Below are positions 1 to 9,287 of a stretch of 64,000 bases of DNA, in pieces (position 1 is the stretch's first letter; every line of letters starts with the position of its first letter). Made by a program: the position numbers and the translations under genes. Under the pieces are notes generated by a model. That model saw nothing but the letters and a program-made list of their open reading frames with translations, did not search any database and was not told the origin of the DNA. The stretch is from Candidatus Omnitrophota bacterium. Lineage in GTDB: Bacteria; Omnitrophota; Gorgyraeia; Duberdicusellales; 4484-171. Location of the stretch: contig JBDRAN010000013.1 in the NCBI GenBank assembly GCA_043823745.1, positions 818 through 64,817 of the forward strand. Direction: 5' to 3'.

Positions 1-89
1 CTTCGTCCGATGACTCCGACAAGAAATGCTGCAAGTGATTATCCGCTCAGGCATCTTTAAGCGGATCATCCGTCGTATCGTGTGACACC

Positions 90-1061
90 ATGATAATCCA
101 GTGCCAGTTGTGCCCTAAAGCCTGCCGTCTTGCTCCCGGCGGCCGCGGCGACTGCCGTATTCGCGCCAACATTGACGGGAAACTCCGCGCGCTTACCTAC
201 GGGAAACCCTGTAGTATTCACGTTGACCCAATCGAAAAAAAACCCCTTTTTCATTTTTATCCCGGTTCCCCTATTCTTTCCATAGCCACCGCCGGTTGTA
301 ATCTGCACTGCAAAAATTGCCAGAACTGGGAGATTTCCCAGGCAGACCCGGAGACCATTGCTGCCTACGACGCCGGTCCTCAGGATATCATTACGCTTGC
401 GGCTCGCGAGCAATGTTCAATGGTTGCCTATACCTATACTGATCCCGCAGCCTTCTATGAATATGCGCTGGATACTTCCCTCCTGGCCCGCACGCGCGGC
501 CTTAAGAATGTTTTAGTGACCGCCGGTTACCTTAATCAGGCGCCGCTTAAAAAAATACTTGCAGTTACAGACGCAGCGCATATTGATTTAAAGTTTTTTG
601 ACGACCGTCTGTATCGGGAAATGACCTCGGGGACCCTTAAGCCGGTGCTTGAAACCCTGGTTACCGCCAAAGCCATGGATGTGTGGATTGAGATCATCCA
701 TTTGATCATTCCGACCATCAACGATGATTTTGACATGATTCGTTCCATGTGCGTCTGGATACGTCAGAATCTGGGCAGCGAGGTGCCTATTCATTTCTCA
801 CGGTTTTATCCGCAGTACCTATTAAAAAATATCCCTCCCACGCCGGTTGAAACGCTGCGCCGCGCGCGCGATATTGCCCGGGAAGCGGGCTTGGCCTATG
901 TATATATAGGAAATGTCTGGGGTGAAGCGGAGGATACCCGCTGCCCCCATGACGGCAGTCTCCTCATTCAACGAATCGGTTATACGATTAAAGAATACAA
1001 TCTTCTTGCCGGAGGAACATGTAAAACATGTGGTAACGTGATTGCGGGGAGATGGCGGTGA
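90..1061 (+). CDS. AmmeMemoRadiSam-system radical SAM enzyme (PFL-activating-enzyme-like)
   Basis: 323 aa; radical SAM CxxxCxxC motif (CNLHCKNCQNW) near the N-terminus. Overall resembles the radical SAM partner of AMMECR1/Memo systems. Confidence 0.7.
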   Translation: MIIQCQLCPKACRLAPGGRGDCRIRANIDGKLRALTYGKPCSIHVDPIEKKPLFHFYPGSPILSIATAGCNLHCKNCQNWEISQADPETIAAYDAGPQDIITLAAREQCSMVAYTYTDPAAFYEYALDTSLLARTRGLKNVLVTAGYLNQAPLKKILAVTDAAHIDLKFFDDRLYREMTSGTLKPVLETLVTAKAMDVWIEIIHLIIPTINDDFDMIRSMCVWIRQNLGSEVPIHFSRFYPQYLLKNIPPTPVETLRRARDIAREAGLAYVYIGNVWGEAEDTRCPHDGSLLIQRIGYTIKEYNLLAGGTCKTCGNVIAGRWR

Positions 1062-1145
1062 GCGTTGGGCCTGCTGTAGGCTACAAGCTGCACGTCGCAA
1101 GCTTTAAGAGAAAAATAAAAAATCCTGTGGCCTGAAGCTTGTAGC

Positions 1146-1349
1146 TTGAAGCGAGAAAATATGAATCATTTAACACGTAAACAATTCTTGAAACTCTGCG
1201 GGAGCGTTTTGGCGGGAGCGTTTATTTGCTCCACGCACCTGGCGCGATTTTTCCTCCGTGTTCACCCGGCTAATAATTTTGCGTGCGTGATCCCTTATAA
1301 ATATTTAAGAAAGGAAGATCTCCGCCCCCGGAGCGATTTACTTGGATGA
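1146..1349 (+). CDS. small ORF with twin-arginine-like signal (TRKQFLK + hydrophobic h-region + HLA)
   Basis: 67 aa ORF overlapping the start of the next gene in another frame. Signal-like N-terminus; may be spurious or the product of a frame error. Confidence 0.2.
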   Translation: MKRENMNHLTRKQFLKLCGSVLAGAFICSTHLARFFLRVHPANNFACVIPYKYLRKEDLRPRSDLLG

Positions 1350-4300
1350 GAAAAATAATTTTTCTCTTTTTCTTTACGCTCGGCTTTTTCTCGCTCCTTG
1401 CCCAGACGGTGACTATTCGCGAGTTTCTGATCGCGTTTGGAAGCGGCCAGCTCGGTATTGGGCTTTTTTACTCATTCTGGTTATTGTGGGTGGGCGCGGG
1501 TGCGCTCTGCGCGCGCCTCCTGCCCAGGGTTTCGGATAAGCATTTCTTGGCTATCGCAGCAAGTTACCCGATCTTTGCGTTTTGCGAAATTATTTTATTT
1601 ATAAACCTGCGACAATGTGCATCGGTGAGCCCCTGGGAACTTTTTATTCCGCAGAAAGTTTTTTTATTCCTTCTCTTTTTTACCGTCCCGGTTTCCTTTC
1701 TGACCGGTGTTCTTTTTACCGCAGCAATAAGAGTGCTTACGCGCCTTGGTCCCGCAGAAACATTGCCCGTTGTCGGCCGCGCATATGCGTTTGATGCGGC
1801 AGGTAGCTTTCTTGCCGGCTGCGTTGTGACCGCTGTTTTTTACTGGCGCGTGCCGGTCGTTACCGTGACTGCGGTCACCGGTTTTCTTTTTATACTTGTG
1901 GTTTTAGCGGCAGCCCGGCGTTCTAAACAGAAAGGAGCGGCCTTACTAAGTTTTTCCTTAGCCGCGCTTCTTGCTGTTAGTTTTTTCTATATGCCGCAAC
2001 TGGAGGCGTTGACCGCTCGCATGCGCAGCGCCAACATATTTCCCTCGGGCCGTCTGCGTGCCGAAGTGACAACGCCCTACCAGCATCTTCTTCTGGCGCA
2101 ACTTGCAGACACGATGGTTATTGTCTCAAACGGGGAAATTATAACTACGATCCCTAACCGGGTGGATGCGGATTACCAGAGCGCGCTTTTTATGGCGCAG
2201 GTTCCGCAGGCTCGGGAAATTTTAGTAATAGGGTATGGCGCAGAAAATCTTATCCGTTCACTCCTTGCGTTTCCAGTTACGCGCGTCACCTATTGCCTTC
2301 AGGATCGCACGTACTATGAAACGATGAAACAATATGTACCGGTTGACGCGCGCCTTGCCGTTGTCTGCGATTCGCCGCGCGCGTTTTTGAAGAAAAAAAA
2401 TTCGTTTGATCTTATTGTCGTGCACGTCCCCGAACCTTCGGATCTTTTTACGAATACTTTTTATACACGCGAGTTTTACGAACTTCTTCGCAAGAATCTT
2501 TCAAGCCAGGGGATCATTGCTACCGCGTTTACCTCGGCAGAAAATTTTATGGGTACCCAGGTGCGTGATTATGGCTCAAGCCTTTATTACACCCTGCGCG
2601 CGGTGTTTGATAACGTTGTCATTGTGCCCCAGGAGCGTAGCTGGTTTCTTGCCGGAGGTCCCGAAGCCGACGTATGCGAGGATCCGGCAATTCTGGCCCG
2701 CCGCCTGAGGTACATCATGCCGCCGTCATCGGTATTTAAGCCGGAAGGGTTTGCGAGTATTTTTTTGCCGGCTCAACGTGCGTTTTTCAAGGATATGTAT
2801 ATCGAAAACAGGCTCTTTAAAGCAACCGGCCTTTATAATACTGACCGGCAGCCCCTGACATTTTTTTTAAATACGTTGGTTCTGGCGCGATATTCAGGAT
2901 TACCGCTGGCCCCATTGGTTACCCGCGCTTTTTTTTCAGGATTCATTATCTTTTGTATGCCTCTGTGTATTTTTTTTATCGCGCGCCTCGTATTTCTTAT
3001 GCGCATTGAAAATCATTCTGTGCGCCGCCTTTCCCTGCATGCTACGATTTTTCAATTTTTCTCGGGGTTTCTTGGTTTTTCATTCCACCTGTGTCTTATT
3101 TTCATGTTTCAGAACAGGTTCGGCACAATCTTTGTGTTTATCGGTGCTTTAAGTGCGTTGTTTATGCTGGGCCTTGCTGTCGGAGGGTTTGCCGGAAGGA
3201 TTCTTGCCTTTCGATTTTCTCCGCCGCTTGCCGCCGCCGCGGTCCTGGGCTTTCAAGGCGCGCTTATTCTTTCTGGTTGCGCTTTCTTTGTATTTGTACA
3301 CATGCCCGCAGCCCTGGCCGGTGGGCTGTTCATTGTTTTATTTTTTATCGGCGGGTTTTTTACGGGAAATTCCTACCCGTTGGTTGCAGCGATCTTTAAA
3401 CATACGAGGGCCGATGACTCCTCAAGCGCGGCAACTCTTATCGTGCTTGATCATTGGGGCGGGGCCCTCGCCGGGGCAATCACCGGGTTGCTCCTTTTGC
3501 CGTTGGCCGGTCTTACTCACACACTTGTGATATTGGCGTTGGTTGCGTTTTTTGCCGCAGGGCTTTGCGCGCTTGAGAGTAAATGTTTGAGCGCCTTATT
3601 GAAAAAACGCAGCATCTCATTTCTTTCTTTTCCGTATATCCGTTTTTCCTGTGTGCTTATCGCCACGGCGCTTTCGCTTCTATGCCTGCGTTATTTTCTA
3701 GAGCGACCAGTACCGGCGCCAGGCTTGCCGGTAACGATACCTGCCGCGGGAGCCGGGTGCATTATGCAGGAGGAACCTTTCCGGGCATTGGTCTGTCCGA
3801 CAGCCACGGGTCGGGAGTATCATATCGATTCAAATGATTTCGGTAGGGGCGTGAAAGGTTTTGCCGGCCCCCTGCGCCTTGCACTCTGTCTGAGCGAGCA
3901 GGGCGAAATCAAAGAAGTCAAAGTTATCGAGCACCGGGAGACCGCGCTTTATGTGCGTGAGTTTGAAAAATTCCTTGCTCAATTTAGCGGTAGGCGGGTA
4001 ACTGAGTCATTTTCGCGCGATACCATTGACGTAATGAGTGGGGCAACCATCACCTCAGGCGCGGTTATTGATTTTGTTAAAGAAATGGTCCGCCTCGTCC
4101 ATGACCCGTTAGATCCGGGCTCGCAATTTCAAAAAACATCGCCGGTTATTTTTGATGGTTCGTTCTGGTATGCGTGTATTATGCTGGGTGGCGCACTCGT
4201 CTTGTATTGTTTTCCTGTGTATACTCGGTTACGTACCGCGTTTCTTTTTATTGTTGTGATTCTCTCGGGATTTATTTTTAACCATACTTTTTCGCTGACG

Positions 4301-4864
4301 CATCTGGCGCATATCTTTGTGTTGCGCCCCATACCTTTGACAGTGGCTTCCGTGGCTTTTGTATTTCTCGTTCCCGTCACCCTCGGCATTTTTTTCGGAC
4401 AACTCTGGTGTGGGTGGCTTTGTCCTTTTGGGGCGTTGCAGGAACTGGTAGGGTTCCGCGCGCGCAAGCTACCGGCGCGCATCGATAAGAAAGCTCGCTA
4501 TGGTAAGTATCTGGTTTTGTTTGGGGTTATTCTTGCCGTAGTTTTTTCTTCTTCTGAATTCTGGTTTGCGCACGAGCCGCTTTCGGTATTTTTTTCCCGC
4601 GTCCCGGTCAGATTTAAGCTCCTGGGGCTTATTGCGCTCTTCTTCTCTTTATTTTTTCGGCGTTTCTGGTGCCGTTATTTTTGCGCGGCCGGAGCATTCT
4701 TGTCTTTTTTTAATAAAATCGGGTTATTGACGCGTTTTTTTCCCAAGCGGTACACGCATTGTCCGTTCCATGTTTCCGGGCCTCTTGATATTGACTGTAT
4801 TCAGTGTAATATATGTAGAAGCGCTCCGCGTAAAGATAAGCGCGAGGAGTTCTATGAAACGTGA
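1346..4864 (+). CDS. large polytopic membrane fusion protein: spermidine-synthase-like (fused MFS/SpeE-type) domain + FMN-binding domain + NosR/NapH-like polyferredoxin membrane module
   Basis: 1172 aa. Many TM segments. Aminopropyltransferase-like core (VIGYGAENL...DLIVVHVPEPSDLFTNTFYTREFY). FMN_bind-like segment (MSGATITSGAVIDFVKEMV). NapH/NosR-type Cys motifs (LWCGWLCPFGALQE; WCRYFCAAGAF; CIQCNICR). Confidence 0.55.
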   Translation: MRKIIFLFFFTLGFFSLLAQTVTIREFLIAFGSGQLGIGLFYSFWLLWVGAGALCARLLPRVSDKHFLAIAASYPIFAFCEIILFINLRQCASVSPWELFIPQKVFLFLLFFTVPVSFLTGVLFTAAIRVLTRLGPAETLPVVGRAYAFDAAGSFLAGCVVTAVFYWRVPVVTVTAVTGFLFILVVLAAARRSKQKGAALLSFSLAALLAVSFFYMPQLEALTARMRSANIFPSGRLRAEVTTPYQHLLLAQLADTMVIVSNGEIITTIPNRVDADYQSALFMAQVPQAREILVIGYGAENLIRSLLAFPVTRVTYCLQDRTYYETMKQYVPVDARLAVVCDSPRAFLKKKNSFDLIVVHVPEPSDLFTNTFYTREFYELLRKNLSSQGIIATAFTSAENFMGTQVRDYGSSLYYTLRAVFDNVVIVPQERSWFLAGGPEADVCEDPAILARRLRYIMPPSSVFKPEGFASIFLPAQRAFFKDMYIENRLFKATGLYNTDRQPLTFFLNTLVLARYSGLPLAPLVTRAFFSGFIIFCMPLCIFFIARLVFLMRIENHSVRRLSLHATIFQFFSGFLGFSFHLCLIFMFQNRFGTIFVFIGALSALFMLGLAVGGFAGRILAFRFSPPLAAAAVLGFQGALILSGCAFFVFVHMPAALAGGLFIVLFFIGGFFTGNSYPLVAAIFKHTRADDSSSAATLIVLDHWGGALAGAITGLLLLPLAGLTHTLVILALVAFFAAGLCALESKCLSALLKKRSISFLSFPYIRFSCVLIATALSLLCLRYFLERPVPAPGLPVTIPAAGAGCIMQEEPFRALVCPTATGREYHIDSNDFGRGVKGFAGPLRLALCLSEQGEIKEVKVIEHRETALYVREFEKFLAQFSGRRVTESFSRDTIDVMSGATITSGAVIDFVKEMVRLVHDPLDPGSQFQKTSPVIFDGSFWYACIMLGGALVLYCFPVYTRLRTAFLFIVVILSGFIFNHTFSLTHLAHIFVLRPIPLTVASVAFVFLVPVTLGIFFGQLWCGWLCPFGALQELVGFRARKLPARIDKKARYGKYLVLFGVILAVVFSSSEFWFAHEPLSVFFSRVPVRFKLLGLIALFFSLFFRRFWCRYFCAAGAFLSFFNKIGLLTRFFPKRYTHCPFHVSGPLDIDCIQCNICRSAPRKDKREEFYET

Positions 4865-5072
4865 ATATTTTTTTATTGTCGCCTGGTGCGTAACGGCGAT
4901 TCTTTTTCTTGGTGAGCCGTTTGTACAAAGCCAGCTCAGGCGTCCGGATGCGCCCCTCGCGGCATCAGGAGTGCATGTAAGATCCGATGAAACACGATTG
5001 CGCGGCCTCATCGCGCGCAACAAGCTTTCCGGCACTGAAGCGCTTTATTATACGGTGGTCGATGAACATTAA
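4854..5072 (+). CDS. small hypothetical membrane/secreted protein
   Basis: 72 aa ORF (MKREYFFIVAWCVTAILFLG...) between two larger genes; hydrophobic N-terminus. Confidence 0.2.
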   Translation: MKREYFFIVAWCVTAILFLGEPFVQSQLRRPDAPLAASGVHVRSDETRLRGLIARNKLSGTEALYYTVVDEH

Positions 5073-6066
5073 GGTTAGCGTGCTGTTTATGGTTTGCCTG
5101 TGCGGGGCAGGTGTCTCTGCTCAAGATACGGATGCCGGACCGCAGATGTATGTGGGAGGAGTCATTTGGGACACCGATCCGCAGGCGATAGTCAATGGAA
5201 AGCTCCTGCGCCAGGGTGATACCATACAGAATAGTACTGTTCAGCGTATTGATGATGAGGGAGTTACGTTTACCTACCAGGGTAAAACGTTTCGTAAGCG
5301 TGTTGGTGAGGGTAGTTCTTCGCATCTTTCATGGGGGATTCCTGTGGCTTCCCTGAAACAGTCACGTGTCCCGGCCCGCAGCGACTTTTTTCATTCCATG
5401 GCGAGGGAGTTGATTACCAAGGCACAAGCCAGTTATACGCAGGCGCAAGAAGCGTACGCTCGCGTAGAGGAAGAGGCCGCACTCCAATACTATGATGCCG
5501 CAATACGTAATGCGCAAGGCGCCTATGCGTACGCGAACGAAACCGAGCGGCGCCCGATACAGCAGTTTATGAAGACATGCTCTGAGCGTATCCACCAGAT
5601 ACGTGGCGAGCCGACAAAAGTGGATGATGTGGGAGCACATCAGCTTGCGAACCCTGAGGCTATTGCATCCTGGATGAGCGCGCACATTGCCTATCGCAGC
5701 GATGAGAAAGTACAGCAGAAACGCGACTATTGGCAGGCACCCCATGAAACCCTGATGCTCGAAAGTGGCGATTGTGAGGATTTAGCATTTCTTGCGCAGG
5801 CGTTCCTGGAGGAAATTGGAGTGTCTTCGCTGGTTGTTATGATAGAGGATAAAGAGAAAAAGAGTGCGCACGCGATGTGTGTATTTGGGCGCACCCCACC
5901 CTATAATTGTTTTGACGGCACTACGTTGCATCTGGTCAATAAAGAAACCATCGAAGACCTCGTTGAGGGGCTGTATCCTGGTTATTATATTGTCAACCGG
6001 TACGTCGCGCATACGCCCCGCAGCATTCCTTTGTTTGATAGTAACGGCGATGTGATCATTCCTTAA
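5062..6066 (+). CDS. secreted transglutaminase-like cysteine protease domain protein
   Basis: Signal peptide (MNIKVSVLFMVCLCGAGVSAQ). C-terminal G-x-C-x-D-x-A-x-L core (ESGDCEDLAFLAQAFLEEIG) with downstream His, typical of the transglutaminase-like fold. Confidence 0.4.
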   Translation: MNIKVSVLFMVCLCGAGVSAQDTDAGPQMYVGGVIWDTDPQAIVNGKLLRQGDTIQNSTVQRIDDEGVTFTYQGKTFRKRVGEGSSSHLSWGIPVASLKQSRVPARSDFFHSMARELITKAQASYTQAQEAYARVEEEAALQYYDAAIRNAQGAYAYANETERRPIQQFMKTCSERIHQIRGEPTKVDDVGAHQLANPEAIASWMSAHIAYRSDEKVQQKRDYWQAPHETLMLESGDCEDLAFLAQAFLEEIGVSSLVVMIEDKEKKSAHAMCVFGRTPPYNCFDGTTLHLVNKETIEDLVEGLYPGYYIVNRYVAHTPRSIPLFDSNGDVIIP

Positions 6067-6074
6067 TAAAAATA

Positions 6075-6776
6075 ATGCCTACGATTTTTTCGATTACTCC
6101 AGCTATGCTTAATCTTTTCCGCGAATGCCCGCGGTGTTTCTGGCTTGAGCTGGCAAAAAAAGGATCTTTGAGGAGGCCTTGCGTGCCTGCATCGGGATTT
6201 TTTGATGGGATGTGTGTATTATTGCGTAAACGTTTTGATGCCTACCGCGCCCAGGGCTCTTTACCTCCGGAGCTCAAAAAAATCATTGCGGGAGTGCCTG
6301 TTCCGCAGCGATTAATCACCGCCTGGCGAGGCCCGGAGAAAGGGTTGCGTTTCCGGGATAGGGGCCGGTTCGCGCTCACCGCCCATCCCGATGAGTGCGT
6401 GATCGTCGGCACCCGCTATATCCCGGTACGATTGCGCGTCTCAGGAGGCTTAAAACGCGAAGGTTTGGCTTCTGCTTCAATTCTCGAGTTAAGTTGCTAT
6501 AATTTTCTTCTTGAGCGCGCCGGTTACGCTGTCAGCCGGTACGCGTACGACATTTCATATGTATTTACAGCGTTTAATGATGAGAAGACAGCGAGTTTTA
6601 ACGTTTCGCTTACACAGGCGCCGACGCTTGCGGCAGGTACTATTTATACTATGGTTTCCGCTGCCGTTGACGTTTTAAAAAGCGTAGTTCCTCCTCAGGA
6701 GAGCAGTGATTGTCGGTTTTGCGCCTGGGTAAAGCGCGCCGCGAATCTTGATCGCGCGCAGATTAAGCTCTTTTAA
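6075..6776 (+). CDS. PD-(D/E)XK nuclease family protein, Cas4/DUF83-like with N- and C-terminal Cys pairs
   Basis: 233 aa. N-terminal LNLFRECPRCFWLE resembles the Cas4/RecB-family conserved CPRxFWL block. C-terminal CRFCAW fits a possible Fe-S or Zn site. Confidence 0.3.
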   Translation: MPTIFSITPAMLNLFRECPRCFWLELAKKGSLRRPCVPASGFFDGMCVLLRKRFDAYRAQGSLPPELKKIIAGVPVPQRLITAWRGPEKGLRFRDRGRFALTAHPDECVIVGTRYIPVRLRVSGGLKREGLASASILELSCYNFLLERAGYAVSRYAYDISYVFTAFNDEKTASFNVSLTQAPTLAAGTIYTMVSAAVDVLKSVVPPQESSDCRFCAWVKRAANLDRAQIKLF

Positions 6777-6794
6777 CCCGCCTTCTTAAAGTGG

Positions 6795-6822
6795 TTGACA
6801 GAAGAGTGCCTCTGTGTAAGAT
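6795..6822 (+). promoter_or_regulatory. sigma70-like promoter (TTGACA-N16-TAAGAT)
   Basis: ttgaca at 6795-6800 and taagat at 6817-6822, about 90 nt upstream of the ferredoxin-domain gene. Confidence 0.3.
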
Positions 6823-6911
6823 ACTACCAATTTAGGTGGTTCGATGTCCCCCGATACTTGTTGCTGCCTTTTTGAGGGCGTCACGACGGGAGAGTTTTCT
6901 TAAATACAGGA

Positions 6912-7766
6912 GTGCTTATGGCGACAAGGAAAATTATAAAGATCGATGAGGAAAAATGCAACGGGTGTGGCCTGTGTATCCCTAACTGTCCGGAGGGGGC
7001 ATTGCAGGTTATTGACGGTAAAGCACGATTGATCAGCGATCTCTTTTGCGACGGCCTGGGTGCCTGCATCGGTCATTGTCCGCAGGGCGCCATAGAAATT
7101 GAGGAGCGCCAGGCTTCAGCCTACGATGAACGTAAAGTTATGGCGAATATCGTCAAGGCAGGCCCCAATGTTATTAAGGCGCATCTTGAGCATCTGCGCG
7201 ATCATAACGAAATGAAATATTTAAAGGAAGCGCTTGCTTTTTTAGAAGAAAACCACGTAACATTGCCGCTTGAGTTTAGGCAGCAACAAGCACCGCTTAA
7301 GGGAGGCTGTCCCGGGATGCGTACGCTGCAGTTTGGCGAGGCCGAGGCCGAAAGGACCCTTGAGCCCGGTTCGGTGCCCTCACGGTTGCGTCAGTGGCCG
7401 GTACAACTCCATTTAGTTTCTCCCACCGCACCGTATTATCAGGCTGCGGATGTCCTGCTTGCTGCCGATTGCGCGGCCTATGCCTATGGAAATTTTCACG
7501 CACAATATCTTAAAGGAAAGTCTCTCGCGATCGCCTGCCCCAAACTCGATAGTAACAAAGAAATATATGTGGAGAAACTGGTTGCGATGATTGATGAGGC
7601 TAAGATCAACACACTTTCAGTGATGATCATGGAAGTACCCTGCTGCGGCGGTCTGCTTATGCTGGCTAAAGACGCTCTCACCAAGGCTCAACGCAAAATC
7701 CCGCTGAAAGTTATTATGGTGGGAATTCAGGGAAATATTGTAAAAGAGGAGTGGGTTTCTAGCTAA
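6912..7766 (+). CDS. 4Fe-4S dicluster ferredoxin-domain protein with C-terminal domain of unknown function
   Basis: Two CxxCxxCxxxCP motifs in the first 60 aa (CNGCGLCIPNCP; CDGLGACIGHCP). The C-terminal half has a conserved CC pair. Confidence 0.5.
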   Translation: MLMATRKIIKIDEEKCNGCGLCIPNCPEGALQVIDGKARLISDLFCDGLGACIGHCPQGAIEIEERQASAYDERKVMANIVKAGPNVIKAHLEHLRDHNEMKYLKEALAFLEENHVTLPLEFRQQQAPLKGGCPGMRTLQFGEAEAERTLEPGSVPSRLRQWPVQLHLVSPTAPYYQAADVLLAADCAAYAYGNFHAQYLKGKSLAIACPKLDSNKEIYVEKLVAMIDEAKINTLSVMIMEVPCCGGLLMLAKDALTKAQRKIPLKVIMVGIQGNIVKEEWVSS

Positions 7767-7812
7767 TTGGATGCTCCACGTCGCAGGCCGCAAGCTTCAA
7801 AAATCCTAGAGC

Positions 7813-7863
7813 CTGTCCCGTTTCCTATAATATTATAATAAGGTGCGGGACGCCCCGAACCTT
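7813..7863. repeat. 51-bp palindromic intergenic unit, copy 1 (GTCCCG-tttccTATAATATTATAATAaggtg-CGGGAC core)
   Basis: Identical to copy 2 except for one base. Internal inverted repeat gtcccg/cgggac flanks the AT palindrome ataatattat. Confidence 0.6.
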
Positions 7864-7888
7864 GATAAACAAATAAAGAAAACGGGTG

Positions 7889-7939
7889 CTGTCCCGTTTC
7901 CTATAATATTATAATAAGGTGCGGGACGTCCCGAACCTT
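7889..7939. repeat. 51-bp palindromic intergenic unit, copy 2
   Basis: Direct repeat of 7813-7863, 76 bp downstream; one mismatch (gcc vs gtc). Confidence 0.6.
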
Positions 7940-7989
7940 TTAATTATTAAGGGTAACGAGACTGCAGCCTGTAGCGTGAAGATGTAATT

Positions 7990-8988
7990 ATGAAAGCTCT
8001 TGCATTGATCTCCGGAGGCTTAGACAGTACTCTGGCGACAAAAATAGTTCAAGACCTCGGTATTGAGCTTATCGCTTTTAACACGGTAAGCCCCTTCTGT
8101 CTTTGTAACCATCGTTCTGCGCAGGGTTGTTTTCATGGCGCCGGAGCCGTGGCGCGAGATTTAAATCTTCGCATGATCGTGGTGAACGTTGCGGAGGAGA
8201 TGATCGAGATCGTAAAAAAACCTCCGCACGGGTATGGGTCCAATATGAATCCGTGCATTGACTGCCGTATTTTGTTATTTAAAAAAGCGAAAGAAGCGAT
8301 GGAGCGCGAAAGCGCCGCGTTTGTGATTACCGGCGAAGTCGTGGGGCAGCGGCCGATGTCGCAGAAAGTGCATACCATGAAGCATATAGAAAGAGAGGCA
8401 GACCTGGAAGGGTTTGTGGTGCGGCCGCTATCGGCAAAAGTTCTTGAGCCTACGATTCCCGAGGAGCGTGGCTGGATTATGCGGGAGAAGCTTCTTGATA
8501 TAAGCGGACGGGGGCGTGCCCCGCAGATCGCGTTAGCCAAGGAATTGGGGATTAATGATTATCCGTGTCCTTCGGGAGGTTGTCTTTTGACCGACCCTTC
8601 GTTTAGCCGGCGATTAAGGGACCAATTACAATACGGCGCGCTCGCGGCGCGCGAGGTGCAGTTACTTAAAATAGGCAGACATTGCCGCCTGACGTCTACG
8701 TGCAAGTTGATTGTGGGCAGAAATGAAGATGAAAACAAGAGGCTTCTGGAGTTAGCCGTCCCCGGCGATTTTGTTTTTGAACCAAAAGAATTACCGGGTC
8801 CGACCGGCCTTGTGTGCGGCACCCTTGATCAGGGACTCATGCGCCGCGCCGCAGGAGTTATCGCGCGTTATACCGCAAAAGACGCGCAAGCCGTGCTTGT
8901 CGTCTCGCGCGAAATTCCCTCGGGCATCGAGGAAATAATTTCCGCGACGGGCACCAGCGAGGATGATTTAAAGAGAGTAATCGTTTAA
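7990..8988 (+). CDS. PP-loop ATP pyrophosphatase family protein (ThiI/QueC/LarE-like adenine-nucleotide alpha-hydrolase)
   Basis: N-terminal SGGxDS PP-loop (ALISGGLDSTLA). Cys motifs CIDCR and CPSGGC. Confidence 0.5.
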   Translation: MKALALISGGLDSTLATKIVQDLGIELIAFNTVSPFCLCNHRSAQGCFHGAGAVARDLNLRMIVVNVAEEMIEIVKKPPHGYGSNMNPCIDCRILLFKKAKEAMERESAAFVITGEVVGQRPMSQKVHTMKHIEREADLEGFVVRPLSAKVLEPTIPEERGWIMREKLLDISGRGRAPQIALAKELGINDYPCPSGGCLLTDPSFSRRLRDQLQYGALAAREVQLLKIGRHCRLTSTCKLIVGRNEDENKRLLELAVPGDFVFEPKELPGPTGLVCGTLDQGLMRRAAGVIARYTAKDAQAVLVVSREIPSGIEEIISATGTSEDDLKRVIV

Positions 8989-9287
8989 TGAGGCTTAGAT
9001 TTTTTCAAGCCGTAGTCCAGCAGGCCTTCGGCCTGTTGGGTAGTCTACCAGGACACCCTGAGGGGTAGGCGAAGGAAAAATCTGTAGCCGAATTAACCCC
9101 GTGAGTGTGTGAAAATTGTCGAAGACCCTTAGAAATTTCATACGAAATTTCAAGGACTAAGTCCCGGGAATTCGAAGAATTCCTCGGGGGAATTTTCGCA
9201 CGGTATACGAGCAGGGGTTATAGGGGTTCTATTCTCCGCAGCTTACTGTGAGGCAGTTCATTCATTATTTGATGATTGGAGGGAACC

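Noticed and set aside
66-413. 115-aa minus-strand ORF opposite the radical SAM gene.
   Set aside because: It is antisense to a gene with clear radical SAM motifs. The high GC content generates long spurious ORFs.
8133-8822. Minus-strand ORFs of 135 and 87 aa inside the PP-loop ATPase gene.
   Set aside because: Antisense to a gene with a clear PP-loop motif, and no RBS or motif support.
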